A stretch of 64,000 bases of DNA from Escherichia phage p000y, in the sequence record MK047718.1; one strand, written 5' to 3'. The notes under the pieces are model-generated. The model was not told where the DNA came from and made no database searches. It worked only from the letters and a program-made list of their open reading frames with translations. Shown here in pieces: positions 29,109 to 40,121 of this stretch. The stretch's first letter is position 1. Each line of letters starts with the position of its first letter. A program made the translations under genes and the position numbers.

Positions 29109-29296
29109 TGAAAGCTTATTTAGAAACAGTTATTGTAGCTAAGAAGGATGGTGGAGATGTTTCCACCTCTTGCTCTCAGATTATATTAGATTTTCCTAAT
29201 AACGATTCCTATCATATTTTTATGGACAATTTTGATAAGTACGAAAAAGGCCCTAATTTTGAAGTTTATCGTACTTTGCTCCCGATTGTGGATTAA
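29108..29296 (+). CDS. Hypothetical protein
   Basis: ATG at 29108 in TAATG overlap with ligase stop (track ORF from 29087 uses alternative start); ~62 aa; followed by UUCG-loop terminator. Confidence 0.45.
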   Translation: MKAYLETVIVAKKDGGDVSTSCSQIILDFPNNDSYHIFMDNFDKYEKGPNFEVYRTLLPIVD

Positions 29297-29315
29297 GAGC
29301 CTTCGGGCTCTTTTT
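29296..29315 (+). terminator. UUCG-loop terminator AGAGCC-UUCG-GGCUCU + UUUU
   Basis: Hairpin plus T-run after ORF 29108-29296, before alt. Confidence 0.75.
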
Positions 29316-29351
29316 GGCATAAATATAAATTATTACTAAAAGGAAAACACT

Positions 29352-31439
29352 ATGTCTGAACAATTAAATGAAGTGTTTGAATCTGAAGGCAGTCTTCCTG
29401 TCGTCAATTTGAACCCTAAAGCTAAAGTTCCACAAGTCTGGAAAATTGGTGATATCGATACAAATATTGTAGTTCGTTTATTCTCTTACCTTTCCGAAGG
29501 CGACGCTGTAAAACAAGTTAAACTTGGCGACAAATACGCTCATGTTGTTATTATGAGTCTGTCTGAAAAGGGTAATCTCGCTGAATTGAAAAATGGTCTT
29601 GGTCCTGCTCCTATTGATGCAATCAACACCATTTTCAATACAGTGTATGAACAGGTTAAAGCTCTTCGTATGGATGCAGTTTTGTTCCGATTCCCTACTA
29701 AGAAATTGAAAGGACGTGGACAACAACTTCAAACTCTTCTTGCTCGTTTAGTTTCTACTAAAACTGGTGGTCGTTTTAAAGTATTGTCTGCAATGTATCA
29801 ATTCACAGGTAAACACACATATGTGATGATGGTTCGTAAAAATGCCAACATTGAAGATATTAAAGGCATCCCTAACATTAACACAGAGTTGTACACGAAA
29901 GTAGATTCTGATGTTGGTGAAGTTTATGTGAGTAAAAAGACTGGCGAAAAGGTCACCAAAGAAACGGCTATCGCTGGTTCTATTGCTGCTGTAGAAGAAA
30001 AACGTAAAGATAAGCCTGTTATTGCTCGTACTAAAATTTCTCGTCGCGCCATTGCAGCAAGTCAATCTTTAGAAGCTGACCGCCAAGAAGGTGAGCTATT
30101 CCAGAAATACGAAAATTCTGCTAAAGAAGTTAGTGGCCCAGCTACAGCTGAATTACTTCCTGAAGCATATGAAATCGTACTAGCCCAAGCATCGTCCACA
30201 GCAAAAGGCACTTTAGTTGCTGATATCGAAAATAAGATTTATAATCGTATTGATGAATCCTTTAGATTTGCTGATGAAGTTTCTTATGGCAGTGTTATTA
30301 AGCCAACTTTAGAAAAGTTTGCTAAGAAAATTAAAACTGAAAAAACAACATCTGTTAAAGCATTAGCTGCTTTTGTTGAAGCTGCAAATGAAATTGCAGA
30401 CTCTATTAAAGACGAATGGTTTGAAGATTTTAGACGAGATAATTTCCAACTGGCTGACGACGTTTTAGCTGAAGTATCTGAAAAAACTTGGAAACAACGT
30501 AAATCAGCGTTCTTGTCTAATGTGATGTATACTTATGCACGAGAATCGGCTAGAGGCACCTTTAATATAACAATGAATCGGGACCCTAAACAATACTCTG
30601 TTGCTGAAAAACGAGCTATTCGTGAATATGCCTCTTCTGCGTATACCGATATCAATAATATGTTGTTAGGCCGTTATAAACCGGATTTTTATGATGTTGC
30701 AGATGAAGATGAAGTTAAACGCGCTATTGATGGTCTTGATTCGGCGTTTTTAAATGGAGACCGTTTACCTGAAGGACTAACGTTGTATAGAGCCCAGTCT
30801 ATCAGAATGCCTATTTATGAAGCAATGGTTAAAAATAAGGTATTCTACTTCAGAAACTATGTTTCCACTTCACTAGCTCCTATTATTTTCGGTGGGTTTA
30901 AAGAGAACGTTGCCCTTGGACTTGCTCCTGAAGAAGTTCGCAAAGAGCTTAACATTGACAATAATGACGAAGGTGTTACTATTTCTCCTAGTCAAGTAAG
31001 AACAGCTATGCATGCACCAGAACAAATCCGTGTTAACGTTGGATGGGCTATTGATGGCGCTCATAAAGTTAACGTGATTTATCCAGGACAGTTGAGTAAT
31101 CACCCTAATGAGCAAGAAATTATTTTGCCTAGAGGCATTCTCTTGCAGATAAATAAAATTACAGATGCGTCATCTGACACTGGTGCAGGTTTAGAATCCA
31201 ACCTTAAATTTATTCAAGCTGAAGTCATGTCCTCAGACCAGTTGGACGAAGCTGTCATTTACGATGGTGATGTTCTCATGGAAACAGGCGAGGTGGTTGC
31301 TATGACGGGTGAAATCGAATCGGATGAGCCGGTATCGTTCTCCTCATTTGTAGAAAAAACTAGTGCTCCTAAAGGATTGAAACTGTTAGCATCTTTAATG
31401 GATTTGGAATCGGTTCCGTTTAAATTTGTTCAAGGATAG
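29352..31439 (+). CDS. alt: Alt-like ADP-ribosyltransferase (head-packaged)
   Basis: 695 aa (T4 Alt ~682 aa); position between 30 and 54; C-terminal region has ART-like segment YASSAYTDINNMLLGR. Confidence 0.8.
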   Translation: MSEQLNEVFESEGSLPVVNLNPKAKVPQVWKIGDIDTNIVVRLFSYLSEGDAVKQVKLGDKYAHVVIMSLSEKGNLAELKNGLGPAPIDAINTIFNTVYEQVKALRMDAVLFRFPTKKLKGRGQQLQTLLARLVSTKTGGRFKVLSAMYQFTGKHTYVMMVRKNANIEDIKGIPNINTELYTKVDSDVGEVYVSKKTGEKVTKETAIAGSIAAVEEKRKDKPVIARTKISRRAIAASQSLEADRQEGELFQKYENSAKEVSGPATAELLPEAYEIVLAQASSTAKGTLVADIENKIYNRIDESFRFADEVSYGSVIKPTLEKFAKKIKTEKTTSVKALAAFVEAANEIADSIKDEWFEDFRRDNFQLADDVLAEVSEKTWKQRKSAFLSNVMYTYARESARGTFNITMNRDPKQYSVAEKRAIREYASSAYTDINNMLLGRYKPDFYDVADEDEVKRAIDGLDSAFLNGDRLPEGLTLYRAQSIRMPIYEAMVKNKVFYFRNYVSTSLAPIIFGGFKENVALGLAPEEVRKELNIDNNDEGVTISPSQVRTAMHAPEQIRVNVGWAIDGAHKVNVIYPGQLSNHPNEQEIILPRGILLQINKITDASSDTGAGLESNLKFIQAEVMSSDQLDEAVIYDGDVLMETGEVVAMTGEIESDEPVSFSSFVEKTSAPKGLKLLASLMDLESVPFKFVQG

Positions 31440-31468
31440 TTTACAAGCACATGGATGTGTGATACTAT
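31439..31468 (+). promoter_or_regulatory. T4 early promoter
   Basis: GTTTAC-N18-TACTAT then leader tcaacaacatgaggaaa. Confidence 0.6.
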
Positions 31469-31497
31469 CATCCTATCAACAACATGAGGAAAACGTT

Positions 31498-31791
31498 ATG
31501 AAATCTATGCTTCGCTTTAATGGTCAAGAACTAGTAGTTGAAGATGCTATCCCAGCGGATGATGTTTTTAACGAAGCTGTGATTGACGAATTGAATCGAG
31601 TATTCCCAGGTGCATTCCATATTGCTATGGAACCTCTTAAAAACTTTCGTGACCCTGAACACACTGATCAAATTTTTATCGGTGTACTGACAGGTCATTT
31701 AGAAACAGAGGTACCAATGGTCGTATTAGTTAAATACTCTAAAGATGATACTCCATTCCGAGCACCAGCATTCCTTTCATTCCGTAAATAA
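31498..31791 (+). CDS. Hypothetical protein
   Basis: ATG at 31498 after early promoter 31439-31468 and GAGGA RBS (track ORF begins at TTG 31426 inside the promoter); ~97 aa. Confidence 0.5.
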   Translation: MKSMLRFNGQELVVEDAIPADDVFNEAVIDELNRVFPGAFHIAMEPLKNFRDPEHTDQIFIGVLTGHLETEVPMVVLVKYSKDDTPFRAPAFLSFRK

Positions 31792-31797
31792 ACCCCT

Positions 31798-31822
31798 AAA
31801 GGGAGACGTTGTCTCCCTTTTT
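31798..31822. terminator. Bidirectional hairpin terminator between convergent ORF 31498 and gene 54
   Basis: AAAGGGAGAC-GUU-GUCUCCCUUU with A-run and T-run flanks. Confidence 0.75.
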
Positions 31823-31823
31823 C

Positions 31824-32786
31824 TTATAGACCTAAAACTCTTGATGCAGAATTCACCACACCTGTCAAGGTGTTTATATTAGACACACCTCCGGCAGTCC
31901 CACCTAATCTAGAAAGTCTTGATACTGCACTTCCTAGCCCAGAATCATTTTGATTATTCCCAAACATTCCTGAAACGCTACTAATAAGTCCTGATTCCAG
32001 CCATTCTAAAGCAGCCTGTCTATTTACAGCACCTGATTGCATAACGCGATAAGCAAATGTTACGTCAAAAACTGTTATCTGATTATCACCATCATACGTT
32101 AACTCAGGAGAAGAGACACTAACAGGAATACATCCAGTGAACATGACGGCGGTATGTGGTAAACCATTTCGTGCATGTAAATTAACCTGAATATCTGCTT
32201 CGACGTCTTGTGGTAAAGCACGAAGACCTGTTACAGGGTCTTGGACTGAGTTTACCCAGTCTTGCATTGCTCTAAAGTTAGATGCTTCGGAATCCATTCT
32301 AAAGCTTATTACTAACGGGTCCATTTCACGTCCGGTAATTCGGATGTTCGGGGAGTTATAGTTGAAATCTGTTTCATACGATAATCGGTTCTCAGGCATT
32401 TTTACAGAATAAATCATTAAACCTGTATTATTATATGCCATATTGAAGAAGTCTATCAGATAAGCTCCTACCGTGAACTCACCTAACAAGCTTTGTACCG
32501 TACGTTGGCTCATTGCTCCAATCAGATATTTACTTATACCCGATTTTCGAATTAATTTCTGTGTTCCTGCTGTAATCAGGGTTGTTACGCCCTGATTGAT
32601 ATCACCTTGAGACAATCCTAACCAATCAGAATCCAACCCTAAGTTATTATAAGCAAAACTACCAATTGACGAAATTAGTGAAGATGATTTGGTCGATGGC
32701 GTAGTAGCAAATACACAACTAAACATATTGTTTCGTTGGAAATCTGCGTTTATAGCTTGGTTATTAAATTCTTCTAAAGAGTACAT
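31824..32786 (-). CDS. 54: Baseplate tail-tube initiator gp54
   Basis: 320 aa, same as T4 gp54; synteny. Confidence 0.9.
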   Translation of the reverse strand: MYSLEEFNNQAINADFQRNNMFSCVFATTPSTKSSSLISSIGSFAYNNLGLDSDWLGLSQGDINQGVTTLITAGTQKLIRKSGISKYLIGAMSQRTVQSLLGEFTVGAYLIDFFNMAYNNTGLMIYSVKMPENRLSYETDFNYNSPNIRITGREMDPLVISFRMDSEASNFRAMQDWVNSVQDPVTGLRALPQDVEADIQVNLHARNGLPHTAVMFTGCIPVSVSSPELTYDGDNQITVFDVTFAYRVMQSGAVNRQAALEWLESGLISSVSGMFGNNQNDSGLGSAVSRLSRLGGTAGGVSNINTLTGVVNSASRVLGL

Positions 32787-33895
32787 TAGAAAGTCCCCGC
32801 ATAAAGTGAAGAACGGTTTAATGTAATAATTTCTCGCATTGTTATCTCTAACGTAAATGTTGACGGTAAGTTAGGAGCAACAGCGAGACCATTAAATTGT
32901 CCATTTGGAGTTTTATCAAAACGTACGCTTTGAATTTGGCATGGACCAAATACGTCAGTTAACCCGTCAAATTTAGATGTATAACCAAAGTTTTTAACCA
33001 TCCAAATTGTAGGGTTGCTTACAACTAATACGTTTGTTAATGACGCAGTAATCTTTTCAAACAATGTCTTATTTTTTACTGCATCATCTGGCGTCATAGG
33101 CTCAATAAACGTTGAACGGTACCATTCGTCTAAATAACTTTTAATCTCTTGGGCGTACTGTGATTTACCGGTCTCACCATATGAGAAATAGTTAAAATAC
33201 TGGTAAATGTTTATAATAGCCATAAGGTCTTCAGTCGAACGTGGAGTTAAATCCCATGTAAAGACTTTAGTACGGTTCTCAGCACCGCCATACATACTAC
33301 GAGAAGTCGTATAAATCTGTTCGTTATTATCAGCCATAAGCCCTTGAGTAATAGAATCTAATGCACCAAAGACTGCAGTAGAAGCAATGTTACTTAAAAC
33401 ACCCGTAGCAGTACCTCCACCTTTAGTAATAAGGCTATCACCGATATCATTAAAACGATGCGAAGTTGTATCAACGTCAGATTTGGAACGTGGCAAAAGT
33501 ATATTAGCAACAGGAGTTTTATTTATAGTAGACTTATTAGCTCCGGCAGGAAGCAATCCATTTGAGAATTTAGTCACTGCATCTTTCACGTTATCAGTTA
33601 AATCTGATATGATACCATTAGATGAAGTCCCGGCGTATGCCGGACGTAAATTCCTGAGGGATCCTGAATCGCGTGCAGACATATTGTACGCGGTAAATAA
33701 TAATCCATTCTTATAAAGGTCTGTTACCTGGAAGTCTCCTGTGGAGTCATTTCCGGCTGCTCTTCCTGTAGGAAATTGAGCAACATAAGTTTTAGTAGTT
33801 GTTTCGGTTTTAGTGCTTTGCCCAGCACTTTCTGAGACTGGGATTGCTTTATTTAAATCCTTTGCATCTACTACTATTTCTTTTACACTAATCAT
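32786..33895 (-). CDS. 48: Baseplate tail-tube junction protein gp48
   Basis: 369 aa (T4 gp48 ~364 aa); synteny. Confidence 0.9.
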   Translation of the reverse strand: MISVKEIVVDAKDLNKAIPVSESAGQSTKTETTTKTYVAQFPTGRAAGNDSTGDFQVTDLYKNGLLFTAYNMSARDSGSLRNLRPAYAGTSSNGIISDLTDNVKDAVTKFSNGLLPAGANKSTINKTPVANILLPRSKSDVDTTSHRFNDIGDSLITKGGGTATGVLSNIASTAVFGALDSITQGLMADNNEQIYTTSRSMYGGAENRTKVFTWDLTPRSTEDLMAIINIYQYFNYFSYGETGKSQYAQEIKSYLDEWYRSTFIEPMTPDDAVKNKTLFEKITASLTNVLVVSNPTIWMVKNFGYTSKFDGLTDVFGPCQIQSVRFDKTPNGQFNGLAVAPNLPSTFTLEITMREIITLNRSSLYAGTF

Positions 33896-33903
33896 AATAA
33901 TCC

Positions 33904-35676
33904 TTAATTAACACCGGTGGCATGGAAAATTCCAGGAGCCGTTGTACTTGTTACAGGGGTCATATTCTGGACTACGGTATTCTTTTTGACGACATTATTT
34001 GTGTTACTAATCGCCGCTACCGGTTGCTGTTGTTTAGATTCAGAAGCACGTCCTTTCTCTATTGACTGAACTTGTTTTGCTTCCGGAGATTTAGTCGAAG
34101 ATTCAGGCTTAACTGTTGTCTGAGCCTTTTTGGCTTCAGCCATTTTATTATTTAGCTTTTCAAATCTAGCATCTATTTCCTTTTTAACAACAGGAGTTTT
34201 ATTAAGTTCAGGGTCTTTAATAAGTTTACTTAAATCAGCATAAGACTTCTCGACGTTTTTAGCATTTTCCGGATTAGTCATATCGATTTTATCGATATAA
34301 TCCTCAAATCTAACCAGTGCAGCACGAGTTTCATTCGCTTTTATGTACGCCTCTTTACGTTCCTCTTCAGGTAACTCTTTTAATTTTGCTGATTCCGCAG
34401 CGCGCTCATCACTTGTACTAAACTCTTCTTTATTGTCATTACCACGAACCCAGTTAGTAACGAATGTTTTGCCGCGTTGTAACATATCAAGACCTTTAGA
34501 AACGGTTCCTAATTCCCCATCGTCACGCTTCATTTGATATTTAGCGACTTTCTCTTGGTCTTCTTTCTTTAATTTGTTCCCAGTAGTTTCTTGGAATCCT
34601 TCTAAAGCACGTCCTTCTATTTCGTCTGCGGTATCACCAAAACCTATAGCACGCAATATAGACGCGGAGAGTTTAGCCATTCCTAATTGAATTAGTTCAC
34701 CTAAGTTCATTAATGCTGTTCCTACACCTTTGACAATAGCAACAGTTAAACCACCCCAGTCTCCAGCTTCCCACAATTGTTTTATCGAGTCAATAGAAGT
34801 GAATATATCACTTAAGAATTTACCCCACTCTTTAGCTTCATCGGAGAATTTAGTAAAGTTTTCATCAAATAAATCCCAGGCAGAAGTGAACTTGTCTGTC
34901 CAATATTTGAAATGGACTATCAATAAATCAATACCGATAACAATGCCAAGAATAAGTGCGGCCATTTTTGCTGCTTCAATAGCAGCCGTTATAGTGTATT
35001 TGAAAAGCATTCCAGCAATTCTGTCTGAAATTGATATTGATTTATTAAACCCGGTTTGAACTGTTTTGGTGAGCATTGCAATTTTATCGCTCAATTTAAA
35101 GTTAATTCCGCCTTTAGAATCGGAAGTAGAATTAGCACTTTCTTGAACCGGGACCGGGAAGAAATCTTCGTCTGGCTTATTATCAATCTTTTCAGGTGTA
35201 GGTAATGCTTTAAACAACTCATCAGAAGTTTCGTTCTCAACCACTTTAACAGGTATCGCGTTCTCAATTACTTCAAGAGAGGTGCCTCCTGTATTTTGAA
35301 TAGCGGTAGATGTTTGTAATTTTTGCTCTAATAATGTAGCTAATCGGTCCAACTTAGAGCTTATTGCACTAGAAACTTCGTTTATACTTTTAGTGACTTC
35401 AGTTTGTTTTTCAATAACTTCTGCGATAAGCTCTGTGCCTTCAGCAGTATTATCTGTAGAATTCTTTAAGTCTCCAATTGATTCAATAATTCCATTGCCT
35501 TTATCTTCTACACTTTGCGATGTGAGTTCAGACGCGGCTTGGACATCGTCTAGTTTTGATGAAATATCATTCAATGCTTCTAATGAATCGGTAGCTGCTG
35601 TTGCAGCTACTTTTTGTGGTTTATTATCGGCAATGACCTTATTTCTACGCATGGATTTCATTTCTTCAGGTTTCAT
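33904..35676 (-). CDS. 29: Tail length tape measure / baseplate hub protein gp29
   Basis: 590 aa, same as T4 gp29; synteny. Confidence 0.9.
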   Translation of the reverse strand: MKPEEMKSMRRNKVIADNKPQKVAATAATDSLEALNDISSKLDDVQAASELTSQSVEDKGNGIIESIGDLKNSTDNTAEGTELIAEVIEKQTEVTKSINEVSSAISSKLDRLATLLEQKLQTSTAIQNTGGTSLEVIENAIPVKVVENETSDELFKALPTPEKIDNKPDEDFFPVPVQESANSTSDSKGGINFKLSDKIAMLTKTVQTGFNKSISISDRIAGMLFKYTITAAIEAAKMAALILGIVIGIDLLIVHFKYWTDKFTSAWDLFDENFTKFSDEAKEWGKFLSDIFTSIDSIKQLWEAGDWGGLTVAIVKGVGTALMNLGELIQLGMAKLSASILRAIGFGDTADEIEGRALEGFQETTGNKLKKEDQEKVAKYQMKRDDGELGTVSKGLDMLQRGKTFVTNWVRGNDNKEEFSTSDERAAESAKLKELPEEERKEAYIKANETRAALVRFEDYIDKIDMTNPENAKNVEKSYADLSKLIKDPELNKTPVVKKEIDARFEKLNNKMAEAKKAQTTVKPESSTKSPEAKQVQSIEKGRASESKQQQPVAAISNTNNVVKKNTVVQNMTPVTSTTAPGIFHATGVN

Positions 35677-36206
35677 TCAAGCAATCCAATAATTTCTGCT
35701 ATACCCTTAATAGGACCATTAGGGCCTGGAATAGCAATAGTTGTCGAAAGGTCTTCTGCCCATTTGATTACAAAAGCAGGCATCTCAAGGAAAGAAATTT
35801 CTTTCTCTTCGTCATTAACTTTTATTAAGCAATTTGATAGCATTTCACTGATTGTAGCGAATTGTTCAAATTTGCCTGGAGGTCTAAAATAAAAAGTATT
35901 GCCTTGGAATTGGAATTCTGTTCGTTGGCATACATAGACGTCATCTAGTTTATATGTGAATCCGTCTTTTTCAACTTCAGACTTAAGTTTGTTATTAAAT
36001 TCCAATATATGTAGACATGCAAAATCAAAATCAGCAGGACTCATATTTTTACAAATAGAATCAGCTAAGATTTTCATGTTTTCATCAGGACCTTTAACGT
36101 CCTTTAAAAGATTATAATGTTTGAGCCCTAATTTGGGAATCATTACCTTTTTATTAGACTGTGGTAGAATTATTTTCTTTAGAGGTAGAATCAGATTTAA
36201 GTTCAT
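35673..36206 (-). CDS. 28: Baseplate hub distal subunit gp28
   Basis: 177 aa as in T4 gp28; overlaps gp27 3' end by 53 nt so true start may be a downstream ATG. Confidence 0.75.
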   Translation of the reverse strand: MNLNLILPLKKIILPQSNKKVMIPKLGLKHYNLLKDVKGPDENMKILADSICKNMSPADFDFACLHILEFNNKLKSEVEKDGFTYKLDDVYVCQRTEFQFQGNTFYFRPPGKFEQFATISEMLSNCLIKVNDEEKEISFLEMPAFVIKWAEDLSTTIAIPGPNGPIKGIAEIIGLLE

Positions 36207-37326
36207 TTTTAACCTTAACTGGGTTAACAGGTTCTAACACCATTGAGTTGGTAAACATGTACAGATGAGTTTGTGAGTTGTTATTTGATAACTCATGAAT
36301 AACTTCATCCACGTAAAATTCGGATTTGAATTGGTTCTTTTGGTCAACGAATATAATTTTAGTAGCAGGCGTTATGTTAAAATTACCTGTAGTAGTGCAT
36401 TTAGCATAACCGTCGTATTGAGCCATTGTCTGAAGACGACTTGCTTCTTCAAATCCATTACGGTAGGTCATTTCGGAATATCCGCCGGATCTTGACACAA
36501 GAATAGCATTATCGCCATCGCCAGTAACAATAACCGGAATAGATGTATCTAAAAATGAATGAGCGAATATCGTGGCGTTTTTAATAGGGTCTCTTGTAAA
36601 TTGGTTAGCTTTAGTCATCCAGGTGAAATCCCATACTAATGGATACTCAAGCTCTTGAATATACTGACCTACAGTATTTGGCTCGCCTACAATCATCTTA
36701 ATGCCTTCCTGACCAATAAGAGTATCATAGTCAATCATGTTTACGCCTAAAATATCTTGCCATACGAATACGAACTTATCACTCGCTGTAGCAAGTCCTA
36801 ATTCTCTGACATATGCCAAATAATCATCAAATGTGCTTGTCCAAGGAATATCAGGAACATAAGCATTAATAGTGTTTATTGGCGGAGTAATTAACGTACG
36901 GTCTTTGTATATGACACCTAGCATTTCACGTATAGATTCGCCTGCGTCTGGGAAGAATGGTCGCCCAAATTTAAGGTTCTCTATAGAATGTATTGTTCCA
37001 AGCTCAATTGCAATAATATTGTCACCTTTTGAGTCCACAGACACAGAATAATGTCTACATCCGTAAATTCGAGTTCTAACTTGGAGAGGTGTGTTTGAAT
37101 TTGAAACAGAGATTTGGACTATCTGTCTACCATCCATTTTAGTGTGGATGTTTTTAGTGTCATAAAATTGAAGAATCCCTTCATTTCTTCCATATAGTGA
37201 ATCTCGCATGGTTAAAGTTGTTATTGTTGCCGCGAGTTCAACGTATCTATTTTCTTGCCAAGCCGAATAATCTTGATATAATTTAACGCTTAAGTTAGGA
37301 TATCCTGGACGTTGGAATACTGTCAT
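36154..37326 (-). CDS. 27: Baseplate hub subunit gp27
   Basis: 390 aa (T4 gp27 391 aa); synteny. Confidence 0.9.
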   Translation of the reverse strand: MTVFQRPGYPNLSVKLYQDYSAWQENRYVELAATITTLTMRDSLYGRNEGILQFYDTKNIHTKMDGRQIVQISVSNSNTPLQVRTRIYGCRHYSVSVDSKGDNIIAIELGTIHSIENLKFGRPFFPDAGESIREMLGVIYKDRTLITPPINTINAYVPDIPWTSTFDDYLAYVRELGLATASDKFVFVWQDILGVNMIDYDTLIGQEGIKMIVGEPNTVGQYIQELEYPLVWDFTWMTKANQFTRDPIKNATIFAHSFLDTSIPVIVTGDGDNAILVSRSGGYSEMTYRNGFEEASRLQTMAQYDGYAKCTTTGNFNITPATKIIFVDQKNQFKSEFYVDEVIHELSNNNSQTHLYMFTNSMVLEPVNPVKVKNELKSDSTSKENNSTTV

Positions 37327-38075
37327 TTTTTATGGTCCTTTTCTACTAATGTTAAAGCAATACCACGTTCAACAGGAATCATTTGCATAATAGAATCCAA
37401 TGTGTATTGACTCTTTACTAGTGAATGGTTTATCTGATAGAATGTAAAAATCTCATCAGGGTTAACTAACAATTTAAAAACCTCTAAGATATCAGTATAT
37501 GTTTTAACATGGCGTTCACAACAACCTAATCCAAGGGTCAAATTAATAGGGTTCATAGAAGCAATAACCTTCTCGAGAGAGTCAATGTCTATTGCTTCTA
37601 TTACTTGGATTTGGTTCTCTTCAGTCAAATCATTCCATGGGTACCATTCATCATTATAATATATTTCTTTTATGTTTTCACTTATCATTAATGCTTTATT
37701 GTCATAAAACTTTTCAGGGAAAGAAAAACGTATTTTTATACCAGCAACATCAAGTTCAGGTTCGACTAGTTCTTTTTGATATATCTCAAATGGTGCAGTT
37801 TTTTCTTTAGAGCATTTAGGGCAAGTGAAAATAACGGGAACTTTTGTTTTGCCTATAGATCCTGCAAAAACTTGCAGGAATATAAATGGTTGCCATGTTT
37901 TAGGGTACTCGCCAAAATAATCATCAATCAGATCGGCAATTATTTCTTTTTGTTCTTGCGGCGAACGATGTTCGATATCATTTCTAACTAGTAAAAAGTC
38001 TCTATAATCCGCCACAGTGAACGGCTTAAAACGATGAACACCATCCGGTAATTTACAACGAATTATATTAGCCAT
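37323..38075 (-). CDS. 51: Baseplate hub assembly catalyst gp51
   Basis: 250 aa (T4 gp51 249 aa); late promoter immediately upstream. Confidence 0.88.
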   Translation of the reverse strand: MANIIRCKLPDGVHRFKPFTVADYRDFLLVRNDIEHRSPQEQKEIIADLIDDYFGEYPKTWQPFIFLQVFAGSIGKTKVPVIFTCPKCSKEKTAPFEIYQKELVEPELDVAGIKIRFSFPEKFYDNKALMISENIKEIYYNDEWYPWNDLTEENQIQVIEAIDIDSLEKVIASMNPINLTLGLGCCERHVKTYTDILEVFKLLVNPDEIFTFYQINHSLVKSQYTLDSIMQMIPVERGIALTLVEKDHKK

Positions 38076-38092
38076 AATTACTCCTTTTCTAT

Positions 38093-38104
38093 TATTTATA
38101 AATA
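38093..38104. promoter_or_regulatory. Overlapping divergent late promoters (palindrome TATTTATAAATA) for genes 51 and 26
   Basis: TATAAATA readable on both strands, upstream of both divergent ATGs. Confidence 0.65.
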
Positions 38105-38122
38105 CACAATAAAGGAGTTAAC

Positions 38123-38749
38123 ATGTACAAATATACGTTTACCGTACGTTTAGGTGATAAAGAAGTGAATTGTAGGGCCTTTACTTTAAAAGAATATTTA
38201 GGGCTCATAGGTGCTCGGGCTACTGGTACTATTGAATCAGCAGTGAACAATATTATCACTAATTGCTCTAATGCTAAAAACTTGACTAAACAAGAAGCCG
38301 AGCTATTGTTGGTAAATCTGTGGGCACATTCATTAGGTGAAGTGAATCAAGAACACACCTGGAATTGTTCCTGTGGGCATTCATTTCAAGTCTATATGAA
38401 TTTATTGCACACTCAATTAGATGAACAGGCCGATCCCTGGTATTCGTTCAGCGGTATTAAAATTAAGTTCCGTCAACCTAAATTATTTGATGATAAAAAT
38501 ATCGCATTAATGATTGCTTCATGTATTGAGGCTGTTTTTGTCAATGGAGAGTCCATCCCTGTTGAAGATTTAACTGAAGCAGAAATAAACGACCTTTACG
38601 GCCTTATAACAGAAGATGACATGATCAATATTAAAAATCTTTTGGTGTCGCCATCAATTTATCTGGCAACCCCTATTAAATGTCCCAAATGTGGGGCGTC
38701 ACACGTTCACACAATACGAGGCCTCAAAGAATTCTTTGAGTTACTATAA
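38123..38749 (+). CDS. 26: Baseplate hub subunit gp26
   Basis: 208 aa (T4 gp26 208 aa); divergent from gene 51. Confidence 0.88.
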   Translation: MYKYTFTVRLGDKEVNCRAFTLKEYLGLIGARATGTIESAVNNIITNCSNAKNLTKQEAELLLVNLWAHSLGEVNQEHTWNCSCGHSFQVYMNLLHTQLDEQADPWYSFSGIKIKFRQPKLFDDKNIALMIASCIEAVFVNGESIPVEDLTEAEINDLYGLITEDDMINIKNLLVSPSIYLATPIKCPKCGASHVHTIRGLKEFFELL

Positions 38750-39147
38750 TGTCTAATATCAATAAACTTTATTCAGATATCGACCCAGAAATGCGTATGG
38801 ATTGGAACAAGGACGTTGCTCGTTCTGTAGGACTTCGTTCTATTAAAAATAGTCTTCTTGGCATAGTGACAACTAGAAAAGGCTCACGCCCCTTCGACCC
38901 TGAATTTGGATGCGATTTGGTTGACGAACTTTTCGAGAACATGACACCACTTACAGCCGATACGATTGAGCGTAATATCCAGGCAGCTGTTCGTAACTAT
39001 GAGCCACGCATCGACAAACTTTCTGTAAGTGTAACGCCAGTATATGATGACTATACAGTTATAGTAGAGATTAGATTTTCAGTCGTAGACAACCCTGATG
39101 ATATCGAACAAATCAAACTTCAGTTAGCATCAAGCAATAGAGTGTAA
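38749..39147 (+). CDS. 25: Baseplate wedge subunit gp25
   Basis: 132 aa, MSNINKLYSDIDPEMRMDWNKDVARS... near-identical to remembered T4 gp25. Confidence 0.95.
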   Translation: MSNINKLYSDIDPEMRMDWNKDVARSVGLRSIKNSLLGIVTTRKGSRPFDPEFGCDLVDELFENMTPLTADTIERNIQAAVRNYEPRIDKLSVSVTPVYDDYTVIVEIRFSVVDNPDDIEQIKLQLASSNRV

Positions 39148-39227
39148 TGCTTCAAGGCAACCTATGTATAATGGTTTTAGGTCCTTCCGATACAGCCGGG
39201 AGATTATTAGTTAAAAGAGAGAACATT

Positions 39228-39641
39228 ATGAAGCTGGAAGATTTACAGGAAGAGTTAGACGCAGACTTAGCTATTGATACGACAAAGTTGCAATATGAGA
39301 CGGCGAATAATGTTAAGTTATACAGCAAATGGCTACGTAAGCACTCATTTATTCGTAAAGAAATGTTGCGTATAGAGACTCAGAAGAAAACTGCTCTAAA
39401 AGCAAGATTAGACTACTACTCGGGACGAGGTGACGGTGATGAATTCAGTATGGACCGATATGAGAAATCTGAAATGAAAACTGTCCTGGCCGCAGATAAA
39501 GATGTGCTTAAAATAGAGACTACTTTACAATACTGGGGAATTTTACTTGAGTTCTGTAGTGGTGCACTTGACGCAGTTAAGTCTCGTAGTTTTGCACTTA
39601 AACATATCCAGGATATGCGAGAATTTGAAGCGGGGCAATAA
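39228..39641 (+). CDS. uvsY: Recombination mediator UvsY
   Basis: ATG at 39228 gives 137 aa MKLEDLQEELDADL..., matching T4 UvsY length; track ORF extends upstream to 39147. Confidence 0.9.
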   Translation: MKLEDLQEELDADLAIDTTKLQYETANNVKLYSKWLRKHSFIRKEMLRIETQKKTALKARLDYYSGRGDGDEFSMDRYEKSEMKTVLAADKDVLKIETTLQYWGILLEFCSGALDAVKSRSFALKHIQDMREFEAGQ

Positions 39642-39865
39642 TGCGTTATTCAATTGAAGATGCCTTTAATAATGATGAAGAATTTGAAACAGAAATTAAA
39701 TTCTTAATGGAAAAGTACCGTCTACGACGTCAGGATATTCGTATCCTGGCAGACCACCCTTGTGGTGAAGACGTCCTTTATATTAAAGGGAAGTTTGCTG
39801 GGTACATCGACGAGTATTTTTATACAAAAGATATGGGTATAGATATGTGCACGCGAGTGGTATAA
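39641..39865 (+). CDS. uvsY.-1: UvsY.-1-like hypothetical protein
   Basis: 74-aa ORF, TAATG overlap with uvsY. Confidence 0.6.
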   Translation: MRYSIEDAFNNDEEFETEIKFLMEKYRLRRQDIRILADHPCGEDVLYIKGKFAGYIDEYFYTKDMGIDMCTRVV

Positions 39866-39868
39866 ATA
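39861..39868 (+). promoter_or_regulatory. Late promoter (TATAAATA) for the 55-aa ORF
   Basis: Exact TATAAATA 30 nt upstream of ATG 39898. Confidence 0.55.
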
Positions 39869-39897
39869 GATATGTAATTTCAACTTAGGAGGCAATC

Positions 39898-40065
39898 ATG
39901 TCAGATAAGATTTGTGTTGTCTGTAAAACTCCAATCGATTCTGCATTGGTTGTTGAAACAGACAAAGGTCCAGCACATCCTGGTCCTTGTTATAATTATG
40001 TACAACAATTGCCGGTTTCAGAAAGTTCAGAAGAGCAATTGAACGAAACCCAACTTTTACTATAG
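39898..40065 (+). CDS. Small Cys-containing protein (uvsY.-2 position), 55 aa
   Basis: Hand translation MSDKICVVCKTPIDSALVVETDKGPAHPGPCYNYVQQLPVSESSEEQLNETQLLL; AGGAGG RBS; late promoter TATAAATA at 39861; followed by hairpin plus T7 terminator. Confidence 0.55.
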   Translation: MSDKICVVCKTPIDSALVVETDKGPAHPGPCYNYVQQLPVSESSEEQLNETQLLL

Positions 40066-40091
40066 TGTTACCTTTTTTGCCTATGGTTTTT

Positions 40092-40121
40092 GGCCCTTCC
40101 AAAAAGGTCGGGCCTTTTTTT
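40092..40121 (+). terminator. Hairpin + T7 terminator between convergent uvsY block and uvsW.1
   Basis: GGCCC...GGGCC stem followed by ttttttt. Confidence 0.6.

Noticed and set aside
36154-36206. 53-nt overlap between gene 27 3' end and gene 28 5' end
   Set aside because: Not treated as a dual-coding feature; more likely gene 28 initiates at a downstream ATG (e.g. MIPKLGLK), but T4 gp28 length (177 aa) fits the long form, so left unresolved.
39896-40102. 68-aa minus-strand ORF in the uvsY-uvsW.1 intergenic region
   Set aside because: The plus-strand 55-aa ORF (39898-40065) has an AGGAGG RBS, a late promoter and a downstream terminator; the minus-strand frame has none of these and runs through the terminator hairpin.
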